62,043 nucleotides of DNA, taken from positions 1 to 62,043 of the IMG/VR virus record IMGVR_UViG_3300003886_000003. One strand, given 5' to 3'. Source of the stretch: a virus (Duplodnaviria; Caudoviricetes). Shown here piece after piece: positions 36,301 through 46,300 of this stretch. Numbering within the stretch: position 1 is the stretch's first letter; each line of letters opens with the position of its first letter. A model generated the notes under the pieces. That model was not told the origin of the DNA, did not search any database, and worked only from the letters and a program-made list of their open reading frames with translations. A program made the translations under genes and the position numbers.

Positions 36301-37202
36301 CTCAAAAAGAGATTGATGACACGATTGCTTCACAGACTGGAAGAGGGCGCAGAACAACCAGTGTCACAAACAACTCTTCAAGGCTTGAAAAAGCGAAGAC
36401 CAGAATACCGGTATCAACTAATGAAGATGTGGAGAATACACTCGGTAAGCCTGACAAGAAGCCCAAACCCAAGACTGAAAAGGTTGAGCCAAAAGTATCT
36501 CGCCAGGAAGTAAATAGCGTCGCTGATGGTATCAGAGCAGAAATGCCCAGTGTTGGCATTACTGTTGTTACCAACGTCGATGAGCTGCCATCCAACTTGT
36601 CTCAGAAAGTTAAAGACGATAAGGCAACCGGGGTGAAAGGATTTTATGATTCAGAAACAGATCAGATATATATCATAAGTGACAACGCCAGCTCTGTTGA
36701 AGATGCAGAGTCAACAATACTCCATGAAGTTGTCGGGCACAAAGGGTTGCAAGCGTTTCTTGGTGACAGTTTTGATACTGTAATGAATGAGATGTATCAG
36801 TCAATTACTGACAGAAAAGCGCTTAATGCTTTGGCTGAAAATAAAGGTATAGACACCACAACAGACGCAGGCAAACAGTTAGCGGCTGAAGAATATGCAG
36901 CGTCAATTGCTGAAAAAGATACAGGCACACCGGGCATACAGCGGCTTATATCTAAAATGCGTGCTGCACTTCGCAAGATGGGTGTTATCAGTGAGTGGAC
37001 TAATGCTGATATAAAAGCGCTTTTAAGCGAAGCAAGAGCCGGTATGCAGCGGGCACCATTGAGCGATTTTGTGGTATCTTATAAGGCTGAAGTGAGAGAA
37101 ACCGGCGAAGTAGTTGACATTAAAGATGATGTAGACGTTGCCCTGCGTCAGATTGATAAGCGGCGTGGAGTATTGGAACAGCTAAGAGGATGCTTGTCAT
37201 GA
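33321..37202 (+). CDS. Polyvalent protein: GGDEF-like, inorganic-pyrophosphatase-like and zincin-like domains
   Basis: DSLTGLGSNR / IDADSLKWFND / SGDKML / TGDEY; PTEAQK.AGNYKKGH...YGY...GADGDPVD...DEHKVMLG; HEVVGH...EEYAA. Confidence 0.85.
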   Translation: MAFTSAQFIEMFGEQDPDKEQALPVEPPVPDIPSEVPAPAPVDVAPDEAQAPAPVEPEEPDKVFTSEDFINKFGAVQPQAASQAPPPDTEPTTVTGTFAEWLAQEKEAAPDPKDNPGYYSNLVRKFAESFPHAAGEALATGNAIGKRINEELKTKEGSAWNDILSATQLLQGIASQRLKGADFGAVTLTTPEDIKAKFNEGDALGTAVKVAEFIPETLADSVAYMISLPLTTLSLTDMIAQENADNEGKKVPDFIDYVEAFPFALGSAIIELVTGRALIKPLLKSVGVIGKKNKKAIEKVGKDALRQGFAASLKKGAKLGGGEMTGEFIQEGVIEYIGGRYGTDKALDWKEGAERGGWAALAGAGYGFTLGTIGARADQRRAGEQEGDVVADELTGALDEVENEAGNIDQAQADAVDRAQEQGGDELDQALAGAQAAADIAAKDGDAAAAVEEASALQDRIAEDEKRTAAESAKGELEAAKTRKKQQAKKREDESVEEFRARVAAAGLEAGQTTAQPVPEPQAPIPEAPANPAMREALKKAESERIAKEKVTKAEEVKAEEVAAVAEKKRGEFPEDFIAQETKPSRREENRPGKDRREDTKQRKAINEMTLEEAQHELRTDSLTGLGSNRAWEETEKKPVIAAIDADSLKWFNDNMSFASGDKMLKEIGKAIAAETDQGFHPTGDEYFVQGDTQEEVDAIMARVEARLKDIKITATRPNGTVITKTGVSFSYGTAANEEAAIFAMKDEKANRQKAGDRVATGERPSGVNEVGFNAYREEEIKQEEKKKEEKLAKRKAKLAGKKDTPKTEKELAGEFRSEAEEAATSPTNNLKEPTEAQKTAGNYKKGHPELQGVKIAVENPVGSVRTGTDETGRSWKQKLKDAYGYVKGTLGADGDPVDTFVGTNVKSEKVFVVDQINQTSGEFDEHKVMLGYSNGLDARRAYSRNYEDGWKVGPITEMTMDQFKQWVNSDKAQRAIQLSKIQSDLKNKASGVTQKEIDDTIASQTGRGRRTTSVTNNSSRLEKAKTRIPVSTNEDVENTLGKPDKKPKPKTEKVEPKVSRQEVNSVADGIRAEMPSVGITVVTNVDELPSNLSQKVKDDKATGVKGFYDSETDQIYIISDNASSVEDAESTILHEVVGHKGLQAFLGDSFDTVMNEMYQSITDRKALNALAENKGIDTTTDAGKQLAAEEYAASIAEKDTGTPGIQRLISKMRAALRKMGVISEWTNADIKALLSEARAGMQRAPLSDFVVSYKAEVRETGEVVDIKDDVDVALRQIDKRRGVLEQLRGCLS

Positions 37203-37672
37203 GAGTGATATCTAAATCAGACCTACCCATAAAACCAAATCCTGATACTACCAAGAAAGACTTAAAAGTTGACCTTGACAGTTTGATATCTCAAGCGTCG
37301 AAAGTCAGGGATGCTGAAAAGGTACTGGTTTCAATTGCCACAAGATTAGCTGCCATTGATAAGCAGCTTGAGGGTTTGTGGCCCAGGGTGAATGCGCTGG
37401 AAGAGAAATTAAATAAAGCAGAACAGTTTAATAAAGATCACATAGCTATGCACAGTGATACTGCATCTCGTGCTGGTAAGGACGTGGACACCATACGCTC
37501 CATTAACTCTGAAGTACGGATGATAGGTAGCAACGTGTCAAAAGCGCTTTCAGAAATAGCCAGTATTGAAGCTGATGGAAGCGAGCATAAAGTCCGTAAA
37601 ATATATCATGAAGTTAAGCATGGTGCGCAAGGCCGTATTAAGGGCGTGCTATCAACTATAGTGGAAGATTAA
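37199..37672 (+). CDS. Hypothetical coiled-coil protein
   Basis: ATGA overlap with the upstream gene. Confidence 0.65.
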   Translation: MRVISKSDLPIKPNPDTTKKDLKVDLDSLISQASKVRDAEKVLVSIATRLAAIDKQLEGLWPRVNALEEKLNKAEQFNKDHIAMHSDTASRAGKDVDTIRSINSEVRMIGSNVSKALSEIASIEADGSEHKVRKIYHEVKHGAQGRIKGVLSTIVED

Positions 37673-37673
37673 A

Positions 37674-38708
37674 ATGTTTGGCAAACCGGTACTACAAGAT
37701 TTCGACTCCACTTATCTCAGGCTGGATGCAACCAACAGCCCGCTAACCGGCACACTCACGACACAAGCGATTGTGCCAGATGTCGATATCACGCGGGACT
37801 TGGGATCGCCAACACTCAAGTTCAGCCGCATGTTCGGCGGGATTGGGGTGTTCCTGAAAGGCGGCAGCAATATCACTTTCCCAGTAAATGTGGCGCATGG
37901 TGGCCTGATTGGTGGCACACAGAACGGGGCCGGTACAACCCAGCATATTCTCAATGGTAATAACTTTGCAGCCGTCGCAGCGATTGGCGTCTGTGCTGCG
38001 AATAATGCAGCAGGCACGGCAACGCTCAGATCATCGAGGGGCGGGTCAGTCGCCATTGGTGCGGCGTATGCGTATCTAAGTGGTACAGCGACGATGGAGG
38101 CTACAGGGTACGCCTCCACAGCCATCGGATATGCCTATGGCCCCGGCACTTCCGTTCTACAGGCAACCAATTCAGGATCGCTCGCCTTTGGATACGCAAA
38201 TGCCCGGTCAGCAACCAGCACGGCACATATTATATCCAGTGGTAACGGATCATTTACGTCGGGATTTGCGCGGGGCTTTACAGGTGCAGGATTGGCGCAC
38301 ATTAACGCAACCAGTGCCGGATCGTTTGCAACAGGATACTCCCGCACTTCTAACGGATTTAATGCCGTGATTGAGTCGCTTGGTAATGGCGCTTTTGCAC
38401 AAGGCGCGTGTACAGGAAGTTCAGTGGCGTCTGATATAACGGCGGGCGCGGCAGGTGCTTTTGCGGTGGGCTATGTGCTTAACGGCAGTATTCAAGCAAC
38501 GGGGGTTAACTCAGTGCAGTTTGGCCCCGGTATTAACACTCAGGCTGACTCACTACAAGTGGGCGGTGCTGGTATACGATTCAAAGGAACACTCGGTATT
38601 CCTACAACGCCACAAAACGGTGATTTCTGGCGTGTGGGTAACTTCGTGTATGTAAGATCGAACAATGTAAATATTCAAATAGCTGGACCCGGACCGCTAA
38701 CCAATTAG
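37674..38708 (+). CDS. Gly/Ala/Ser-rich fibre or adhesin-like protein
   Basis: YLRLD motif; repeated (A/S)xGxxAxG beta-roll-like units; PTTPQNGDFW. Confidence 0.65.
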   Translation: MFGKPVLQDFDSTYLRLDATNSPLTGTLTTQAIVPDVDITRDLGSPTLKFSRMFGGIGVFLKGGSNITFPVNVAHGGLIGGTQNGAGTTQHILNGNNFAAVAAIGVCAANNAAGTATLRSSRGGSVAIGAAYAYLSGTATMEATGYASTAIGYAYGPGTSVLQATNSGSLAFGYANARSATSTAHIISSGNGSFTSGFARGFTGAGLAHINATSAGSFATGYSRTSNGFNAVIESLGNGAFAQGACTGSSVASDITAGAAGAFAVGYVLNGSIQATGVNSVQFGPGINTQADSLQVGGAGIRFKGTLGIPTTPQNGDFWRVGNFVYVRSNNVNIQIAGPGPLTN

Positions 38709-38719
38709 GAGAAAAGGAT

Positions 38720-39202
38720 ATGAAACCAATAACGGCATTTTTGAAGTCACTGATAGTTTTAATGATCGCCAGCCCTACAATGAGTAAGGTGCAGGCAGTT
38801 GATCAGCTACAGCTTGTCACCAATGGTGTCAGCAATGCAGCAGGTAATATCTGGTTTGATGAAATCGCGATATTCTATGCGTCTATCGGTACGATCAACA
38901 CAGGCACTTTTAACTCGTGGCGCAACTCTGTTATTAACGATGGTGAAGTAAAGTCTAACGCCTTGCTGGATGCCACTGAAGATGCGCTCGTTAGAGTGGG
39001 CACGCTATCTGATATTAGTGAGGCCATACGATTTAAGAAGCGCGAAGATAGAGTAGTCGAAATGGTAGATGAAGTTAAGTCTTTGCGCACGTTCAGGGAT
39101 GCACAGACAGACCCAGTGGTTATCACTGCGTTGAACTGTGGCATTGTGGATTTAATTAGTAAGCGCAATGGGCTGCAACAACGTATTGGTGGGGGCGCAT
39201 GA
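38720..39202 (+). CDS. Hypothetical protein
   Basis: AGGAG RBS; signal-peptide-like N-terminus. Confidence 0.6.
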   Translation: MKPITAFLKSLIVLMIASPTMSKVQAVDQLQLVTNGVSNAAGNIWFDEIAIFYASIGTINTGTFNSWRNSVINDGEVKSNALLDATEDALVRVGTLSDISEAIRFKKREDRVVEMVDEVKSLRTFRDAQTDPVVITALNCGIVDLISKRNGLQQRIGGGA

Positions 39203-40005
39203 AGGCGTTAAACGCAATTGCCGGTGTGCCAAGATCAGGGTCAACCCTGTTGTGCAATATTTTGAATCAAAACCCGGCGTTTCATGCAACAGATACTTCC
39301 GCAATTCCTGAGATAATGGGCACGTTGACTAGCACGATAAGCATAAACGCAGAGATACAAGGTCTACTGGCTGTTGATTCTGAAAAAACAGAACAGCGTA
39401 TCCGAGAAGCAATGCGGGCATTAGTCAGTTCCTGGTACAGCGAGATGGATAAGGTGGTGTTTGATAAAAGCAGAGGGTGGGCTTTTCATGGGGTACTCCT
39501 TGCTGACCTGTTTCCAGAAGCTAAAATTATAGCAACGGTGCGCGACCTGAGAAATGTGTTTGGGTCTATTGAAAAGCAGCATCGTAAAGCGCCGTTCTTT
39601 GATATGGCTACCAACCCAATGGATAAAACAATCATGCAGCGGGCTGATGTGATGATGTCGCCCACCGGCATGATTGGAACCTGTGTGGTCGGGCTGCAAG
39701 ACTTGATATCAAGGTGCCCAAAGCGCGTACATGTTGTGCGCTTTGAGTCTTTAGCCCACGATCCTAAAACCAACTTATCAGAGATATATGAGTTCTTGGA
39801 GCTTGAACCGTATGAGCATGACTTTGATAATATTGAAAACGTATCCAATGAGCCGGACCATTTATATCTCAATAAGTTTCCGCATAACGGTGATGGCAAA
39901 GTAGAAAAGACAGATAGAAATGCGTGGCAAGAATACCTCACGCCTGATTTGGCACAGATGATTCACTCCCGGTATCCAGACTACAATAAACTATTCGGGT
40001 ATTAA
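39199..40005 (+). CDS. Sulfotransferase family protein
   Basis: 5'-PSB motif GVPRSGSTLL..IL, 3'-PB motif VRDLRNVFGS, VRFESL..DP. Confidence 0.9.
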   Translation: MKALNAIAGVPRSGSTLLCNILNQNPAFHATDTSAIPEIMGTLTSTISINAEIQGLLAVDSEKTEQRIREAMRALVSSWYSEMDKVVFDKSRGWAFHGVLLADLFPEAKIIATVRDLRNVFGSIEKQHRKAPFFDMATNPMDKTIMQRADVMMSPTGMIGTCVVGLQDLISRCPKRVHVVRFESLAHDPKTNLSEIYEFLELEPYEHDFDNIENVSNEPDHLYLNKFPHNGDGKVEKTDRNAWQEYLTPDLAQMIHSRYPDYNKLFGY

Positions 40006-40008
40006 ATT

Positions 40009-41139
40009 ATGGCTAATGAACTGAACCTCTCACTCAACACCAGCGGTCTGACATTGGTGGCGCAGATATTTGCAAATAACTTTGTTCAGCAAGGTGTCAA
40101 TATTGCAATGGTTGAAACGGGTGCGGGCACTGGACTGTATGTAGGGTCTGTCCCCGGCGCACCGGCAATAGCAGAGGGGGAGTACACCGTTCTGTTTCTT
40201 GACACGATTGGGCCACCAATTAACACTATTGTGGGTCAGGGGGAGCTTTACTGGGCGGGCAGTGCAGAGGATCGTAGAGCGGTCCATTCGATGACTGCAT
40301 ACGAGCGCGGGATATGGGTCGATACTCAGGGTGGTGGTGCGCCAGGTGCGGTTATTGACGTTAATGGCACGCCCACCAATCCATGCAGTGTAATGGCTGA
40401 CGCTATAGCCATCGCCGCAGCGCTTGGCCGAAATGAGTTTATGCTGCATGGTCCTGTCACACTCCCGTCCGCACTTCCGCATTCGGTGTTCACGGCGGTT
40501 GCTGGTGGATCAATCCTTGATGCTGCGGGCTTTGATATTGGTGGGTCAATCTTCAATAAGGTGGGCCTGACGGGTGCTATGGGTGTTGCCAGTGGTCCGA
40601 TCTTCGGTTTTAACACGTTTCTGGTTGGGCCGATATCCGGTTTGGTGGGGACTTTCTTCGATCCTGCTCTCTCTGGAACCATCACGATGGGCACCGGTAC
40701 ACTCACACTGGTGGCGGGTGCTTCTACTGTCCCAGCGACCGGCACGGCGATCATCAACCTCGCGGGGGTGGGTAATCTCAATCTCAGGGCATACTCAGGC
40801 GGTATTGAATTGCAAGGCTCCACAGCGCCAGCACAGGCCAGCACGCTCGAATTTATTGCTGGCCAGTTGATACTGAATGCGAGTAATACAGCAGGTACAA
40901 TTGTGGTCAGGGGCCATGTTGCACCATTGACGGATAACTCTGCCGGTGCGACTGTGATCACCACGGGCGTGCTCCAAGGTGTGCAGATACAAGAAATGTA
41001 TAGTGATATGGGTCTGGACCTGGGCAACCCTAAAACGATAACAGAGAACGTGCTTGGTGAGAACTACGGTGAGTCCACTACCAGTATTAATAAATCAGTT
41101 GTTAAGGTTGCAGGAGTGACCACGATTACAAGATTATGA
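40009..41139 (+). CDS. Gly/Ala/Thr-rich structural (fibre/decoration-like) protein
   Basis: GT.TNP motif, beta-helix-like composition. Confidence 0.6.
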   Translation: MANELNLSLNTSGLTLVAQIFANNFVQQGVNIAMVETGAGTGLYVGSVPGAPAIAEGEYTVLFLDTIGPPINTIVGQGELYWAGSAEDRRAVHSMTAYERGIWVDTQGGGAPGAVIDVNGTPTNPCSVMADAIAIAAALGRNEFMLHGPVTLPSALPHSVFTAVAGGSILDAAGFDIGGSIFNKVGLTGAMGVASGPIFGFNTFLVGPISGLVGTFFDPALSGTITMGTGTLTLVAGASTVPATGTAIINLAGVGNLNLRAYSGGIELQGSTAPAQASTLEFIAGQLILNASNTAGTIVVRGHVAPLTDNSAGATVITTGVLQGVQIQEMYSDMGLDLGNPKTITENVLGENYGESTTSINKSVVKVAGVTTITRL

Positions 41140-41363
41140 TACTTGATCCCCTATCGATAGCGACCAAGGGATATGTCGGGATAACTCAGACGCATGAGTA
41201 TTGCCCTCTGCCACTTGCCATTGCTTCACTGGGGTACATACGCTTCATACATATAGAAAAAGGTGGTGGCAGCTCTACAGTGTATAATGAGCACAGGGTC
41301 AAAGAAGACAATGAAGCAATATTGGCAGTTATAATCGCTACAACAGAAGAGTTTTTGCACTAG
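41136..41363 (+). CDS. Small hypothetical protein
   Basis: ATGA overlap; duplicated PL.IA..GY motif. Confidence 0.6.
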   Translation: MILDPLSIATKGYVGITQTHEYCPLPLAIASLGYIRFIHIEKGGGSSTVYNEHRVKEDNEAILAVIIATTEEFLH

Positions 41364-41372
41364 GAGAAAATA

Positions 41373-44300
41373 ATGGCTGGACTCGCTACATGTATTCGTA
41401 AGGCTGGAAAAGCACTCAGCAGATCAGACGCTGATTCCATTCGTGAGATGCAGGGTGATTATATTGCAGATGGTATGTCAGGCACAGAGTCTGCTAAAAA
41501 AGCAGTTGGTGATCTGATAGGCATGGTCGAGCAAGAAAAATCTGACATCATAAAGAAAGTAACTAGAGCTGGTGGGGATACCCGTGCGCTTACCGGTGAG
41601 CTGTCATACCCGAAAGGCACAAAGCCAGGCAAGGCTTCTAAAAAGACAAAGACAAAACAACCGCTAAAGTATCGTCTTGATGATGAAGTGGTTGAAGATT
41701 TGATAAATGAAAAGCCACTTCACCCAGTTGCTCAAATGTATAAGGTTGGTATCTCTGTAGAGGAACAGGTTGAGAATAACCCTGGCATGTCTCCACAGCT
41801 TCTCAATAAAGCAAGAGGCATGACAGAGAACCAGTTCGAGAATTTCCTGGGGTTTATTCCGAGACAGTATCTTGCTGACTTTGGCAAAAAGATAACGGCA
41901 GTAAAAGAATACATCCGTGAAGCCTCTCGCATGGATGGAACGCGCAATGAGCTTATGGATGAGTTTGATAAGGTGATAAAGCCATGGAATAAATTTATTG
42001 CCAAAAATCCTAAGTGGGGACGGCTGCTAGGCACGATAATGCACGAGTCAACACTGGCTGAAGTTGATCCGTCGATGGAGTATAAAGCGCTCAAGAAACC
42101 GAAGAAAATAAAAGCAGATGATGCGTACTACAAGATAGACGCACTGCGCAGAAAGAAGCATAAAATTCTGCAGGATAGATTTAACGCTATGCCCACAGAC
42201 GCGCAGAAAATCTACACGTCTGTTCGTGACTCATATAAAACACAGCGTGCTCGTGTACACCAGCAACTGAGAGATAACATCTCCAACACTGACGTTGGGA
42301 CTGATGTAAAAGACTCCATGCTTGCACTGCTTCGTACAAAGTTTGAAGTAGGCAGAGTGAAGGGACCGTACTTCCCGCTAACCCGATTTGGTGAATTTTG
42401 GGGAGTAGCACGTGATGCAGACGGGAACATAATCTCTTTCAGCAAGTTTAACACCGGCCCGGAAATGCGTCAGTGGGTAGCGGATTTCAAAGCGTTGGGT
42501 AATGGGGTGACTGCAAGGGGCGGTAAGAAGATGGATGAAAAGTCTGTCATGAATCATATTGACCCCAGCTTTGTAAAAAAGATAACTGACTTGACACAGA
42601 ACATTGGTGGCATCCAGGGTAAGGAACTGACCGATGAAATCTGGCAGCTTTATCTCCGGTCAATGCCTGAGATGTCAATGCGCAAGTCGTTCATACATCG
42701 TGCTGGCAGGCTTGGGTTTAGCGCTGATGCTACCCGTGCTTACGCATACAATATGTTTCATGGCGCACACCAGTTAGCCAAACTAAAACACCTTCCTAAA
42801 ATGGAAGGACTCATGACTAAAATACGGGATCAAGCCAGTGAGCTTGAAAACACAGATGACCCCGATGGAAAGTGGGCGTCCCCGATATACAAAGAGATGG
42901 TCAAGCGGCACGACTTTGCAAAAAACCCCAAGGTCAGCCCCATGGCAACCAAGGCTACAGCATTCGGGTTTCTGTGGTTCCTGGGAGCAACGCCATCTGC
43001 AGCGCTTGTTAACTTAACTCAAAATGCAATTGTCGCATTCCCACATCTTAACGCTCGGTATGGTAAAGGTATCGATGGCGCAGGGCACGTTGCACAGTTA
43101 ATGAAAAAAGCCTATGGAGAATACTTTGGCTCAACTAAATCAATGGCTGACCGGTTACGAGGCGACGAGCATAAAGCGTTTATAGAAGCTGAGAAATCGG
43201 GCGTCTTTGGTAGAACACGGGGGCACGATCTTGCCGGTGTTGCCGAGGAAGGCATGACATACAACTCCAAGCAACGTCAGTTTATGGAGATGGCTTCTTG
43301 GATGTTCCATAAGGCCGAAGAGTCTAACCGGCAGATAACCTTCATGACCGCATACAGATTAGCGCGTGAAGCTAAAATGGATCATGAACAGGCGATACAA
43401 GCAGCGGAAGAAGATACCTTATTGTCACACTTTGATTACAGCGTTGCTAACCGCCCGCGCATACTGCAAAACAGCATGGCGAAAGTAATATTCCTGTTCA
43501 AGCAGTATTCAATGCACATGATATACCGCATGTCTCGTGATTTCTCAGATGGGTCAAAAGGCACGTTCCGTCAAGTTGGCAATAAGCTGGGACTGACTGA
43601 AAATGAGATACAGGATTTTGAGCAGGAAGCACGTAAGCGACTCGCCGGTATGCTTGGCGTTACTGCGCTGCTTGGTGGCATGTCATCGATGCCCTTGATG
43701 TGGGGTGCAATAGCAATCATGAATGCTACGATGGGCACAGAGGATGAGCCTTTTGATGCTGAAGTAGCAATACGGCAGTACATATCAGAAGCATTCGGTG
43801 GAGGTGAAACTGGGACTGAAGCCCAGGAGTTTATTTGGAAGGGGAGTGTAGACACTGTGTTTAATGCAACACTGTCATCCCGCATATCGCTCAACCAGTT
43901 ATTGTGGCGGTCACCCCCACCACAAAAAGAAGGTGATGAAGTATACTACCACTACCTGGGTGAACTTGTAGGCCCAGTATTTTCTGTAGCAAAAGATGTA
44001 GTAGAATCAAGCAAGCTGTTCTACGAGGGGCAGGCTGATCGTGGGCTTGAGAGGTTGATGCCTAAAGCCGGTAAGGATTTGCATAAGGCATTCAGGTACT
44101 TTAACGATGGCGCACAGAACTATCGTCAGATGCCCATCATTGCACCTGAAGCGTTCAATGAGTGGGATATATTTTTACAGGCAATTGGATTTGCGCCTGC
44201 AAGACTTACTCAGCAGCAGGAGCAAAACAGAGCAGTAAAAAACACAGAGCGATTCATTACAGACAGAAAATCGCACATTATGGATCGTCTGTTTATGGCA

Positions 44301-44537
44301 ATCAGGAACAGCGATCCAAGTTCTATTAAGGCGTACAAATTAAAAATTATAGCTTTTAATAAATCCAATCCTGGCATGGCAATTGATGTGTCTGCTATAT
44401 TTGCTTCCGCGAATGCCAGGAACGAGTATGACATGATGACACTCGGTGGCATAAATGTTAACAAGAAGCTGTTCTACCTGAATCAAAAACTTCGCTTCGC
44501 ACCCCGGTACGATAAAGAAGGGAACATTAAAAAATGA
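41373..44537 (+). CDS. PLxRFG-domain large internal virion/ejection protein
   Basis: GPYFPLTRFG motif; ALVNLTQ, E..NR..T...AY, FDYS..NRP, FKQYS. Confidence 0.85.
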   Translation: MAGLATCIRKAGKALSRSDADSIREMQGDYIADGMSGTESAKKAVGDLIGMVEQEKSDIIKKVTRAGGDTRALTGELSYPKGTKPGKASKKTKTKQPLKYRLDDEVVEDLINEKPLHPVAQMYKVGISVEEQVENNPGMSPQLLNKARGMTENQFENFLGFIPRQYLADFGKKITAVKEYIREASRMDGTRNELMDEFDKVIKPWNKFIAKNPKWGRLLGTIMHESTLAEVDPSMEYKALKKPKKIKADDAYYKIDALRRKKHKILQDRFNAMPTDAQKIYTSVRDSYKTQRARVHQQLRDNISNTDVGTDVKDSMLALLRTKFEVGRVKGPYFPLTRFGEFWGVARDADGNIISFSKFNTGPEMRQWVADFKALGNGVTARGGKKMDEKSVMNHIDPSFVKKITDLTQNIGGIQGKELTDEIWQLYLRSMPEMSMRKSFIHRAGRLGFSADATRAYAYNMFHGAHQLAKLKHLPKMEGLMTKIRDQASELENTDDPDGKWASPIYKEMVKRHDFAKNPKVSPMATKATAFGFLWFLGATPSAALVNLTQNAIVAFPHLNARYGKGIDGAGHVAQLMKKAYGEYFGSTKSMADRLRGDEHKAFIEAEKSGVFGRTRGHDLAGVAEEGMTYNSKQRQFMEMASWMFHKAEESNRQITFMTAYRLAREAKMDHEQAIQAAEEDTLLSHFDYSVANRPRILQNSMAKVIFLFKQYSMHMIYRMSRDFSDGSKGTFRQVGNKLGLTENEIQDFEQEARKRLAGMLGVTALLGGMSSMPLMWGAIAIMNATMGTEDEPFDAEVAIRQYISEAFGGGETGTEAQEFIWKGSVDTVFNATLSSRISLNQLLWRSPPPQKEGDEVYYHYLGELVGPVFSVAKDVVESSKLFYEGQADRGLERLMPKAGKDLHKAFRYFNDGAQNYRQMPIIAPEAFNEWDIFLQAIGFAPARLTQQQEQNRAVKNTERFITDRKSHIMDRLFMAIRNSDPSSIKAYKLKIIAFNKSNPGMAIDVSAIFASANARNEYDMMTLGGINVNKKLFYLNQKLRFAPRYDKEGNIKK

Positions 44538-44809
44538 TTGAGAACATGACGATTAGTATTGAAGCCATGGTGGTAGTCGTATCTGTTATTGTTATTCCGC
44601 TATTGATATGGGGTCTTAATATGCACTCTAAAATAAACACGCTTGTTGATCAAACAGTATTAATGAGCAACGCACATTCAGAAAATACACGCGCAATACA
44701 GGGACTCACTTATGCAGTAAAGGAGCTGTCCCACTATATGTTATGGCTTGGTGAACAGCAGACCGGCAAAAAGCCATCACCACCACTTAGAAAGGATATA
44801 GGCAGATGA
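44534..44809 (+). CDS. Single-TM protein (holin/antiholin candidate)
   Basis: N-terminal TM; upstream of the lysin candidate. Confidence 0.5.
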   Translation: MIENMTISIEAMVVVVSVIVIPLLIWGLNMHSKINTLVDQTVLMSNAHSENTRAIQGLTYAVKELSHYMLWLGEQQTGKKPSPPLRKDIGR

Positions 44810-45414
44810 TAGATATTAATCAGTTCACCCGGTATGTTATTCGCCCGGCATTGAAGGCGATTGGAAAGTACAGCCAGCAAGCAGAAGAAATTGTTCTCGG
44901 TACTGCGCTGCAAGAATCAGAGCTGACGTTTTTGGTTCAGCTTGGCAATGGGCCAGCCAGAGGGCTGTTTCAAATGGAACCACCTACCCATAATGATATA
45001 TGGGATAACTTTCTCGAATACAATAACGAGCTTGCGATCAAGGTTGCGGCACTCAGTGTCACCGCTGAATACTCAACCGATGAACACGACAAACTATATG
45101 TTATCCCACCACAGGCTAGTGAGCTTGTATGGAACCTTCAGTACGCTGCAGCCATGGCACGGATGCAGTACCTGAGAGTCAAAGACCCGCTCCCACCAGC
45201 CGGTGATGTACCAGCGCAAGCGGTATACTGGAAGGAGTATTACAACACCTACCTGGGTGATGGTACTGTTGAAGAGTATGAGGAATCCTGGTTCACCAAT
45301 CACCCGGACCCTGAGAATATTCTGGATGGTAGTGGGGATGATGGTGAAAAGGAAATGCAGCCATTGCCACCAGGCACTGTAACGGGTGAAGATGGAAACG
45401 TGAGGGAAGTTTAA
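44806..45414 (+). CDS. Lysozyme-fold endolysin candidate
   Basis: TALQES (catalytic Glu candidate), GPARGLFQME, YWKEYYNT. Confidence 0.7.
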   Translation: MIDINQFTRYVIRPALKAIGKYSQQAEEIVLGTALQESELTFLVQLGNGPARGLFQMEPPTHNDIWDNFLEYNNELAIKVAALSVTAEYSTDEHDKLYVIPPQASELVWNLQYAAAMARMQYLRVKDPLPPAGDVPAQAVYWKEYYNTYLGDGTVEEYEESWFTNHPDPENILDGSGDDGEKEMQPLPPGTVTGEDGNVREV

Positions 45415-45743
45415 TGGAAAACTGGATTGCTATAGCAAAAAATTCTACCGCTATATGGACTGCTTTTATCATACTCATGGCTATTCTGCCAGGAATGTGG
45501 GACCACACTACGCGGCTGTTTTCATCGATGAAAGAGCGTAGCGAGGATTTCTATGAGGGGCACAGCTATGTCAACATATTTGCTGAGTTACTGCGTCTAC
45601 TCAAAGTGCCGGAGTCAATCATAAAGGCACGCCTTGGTGGTAAGGTTGGGCTTCCACATTTTATGGCAGTGCTACCGCCATTCAGCTTGCTGTTCGGAGT
45701 GCTCATGCTAGGCATGAATATCAGCGCTAGGAATAAGAAATGA
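45414..45743 (+). CDS. Two-TM membrane protein
   Basis: Two hydrophobic segments; lysis module. Confidence 0.55.
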   Translation: MENWIAIAKNSTAIWTAFIILMAILPGMWDHTTRLFSSMKERSEDFYEGHSYVNIFAELLRLLKVPESIIKARLGGKVGLPHFMAVLPPFSLLFGVLMLGMNISARNKK

Positions 45744-46300
45744 AAATCAGCAAGGTACTCGACGCAATAAGACCATTTGCAGCGGTAGCCGCTCAGTTTA
45801 TTCCTGGTGGCCCTGCAATACTGGCTGGGCTGAATCTGATACTACCCCCGGATAAGCAGCTTCCTGCTAATGCAACCGGTCAGCAGATACTGACAGCCGT
45901 TGATACACTACCCCCGGATCAACGTGCTTCATTTCTTGAGAAAGAAATTGACTTGAAAATTGCTCAAGAAGTTGGCTGGACAGAACGTTACGTTGCAATG
46001 ACTGCAGCCGATGGGCAATCTACACGGCCACAGATAGCACTACTGCTTACTAAAATGCTGGTTTGGCAGACCATTGCTTTCATGGCGCTGCTTGGTTTTG
46101 CAGTAATTATGAAAGATGGCGATCTATCGGTGCTCAGCCAGCCATATCTTTGGACTGTGTTTCTAACTCTTACCGGTGTACCATCTGCGGTGCTGACTAA
46201 CTACTTTGGCGAGCTGCGAAAGGAACAGCAGAACCGGACAGGCACACCAACCGCGCCGGGGGCAATTGCACAAATAATAAAGGCAGTTAGCGGTAAATGA
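45740..46300 (+). CDS. Holin-like protein (3TM/GTA-holin-like)
   Basis: TRP followed by two TM helices and YFG..R. Confidence 0.6.
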   Translation: MKISKVLDAIRPFAAVAAQFIPGGPAILAGLNLILPPDKQLPANATGQQILTAVDTLPPDQRASFLEKEIDLKIAQEVGWTERYVAMTAADGQSTRPQIALLLTKMLVWQTIAFMALLGFAVIMKDGDLSVLSQPYLWTVFLTLTGVPSAVLTNYFGELRKEQQNRTGTPTAPGAIAQIIKAVSGK

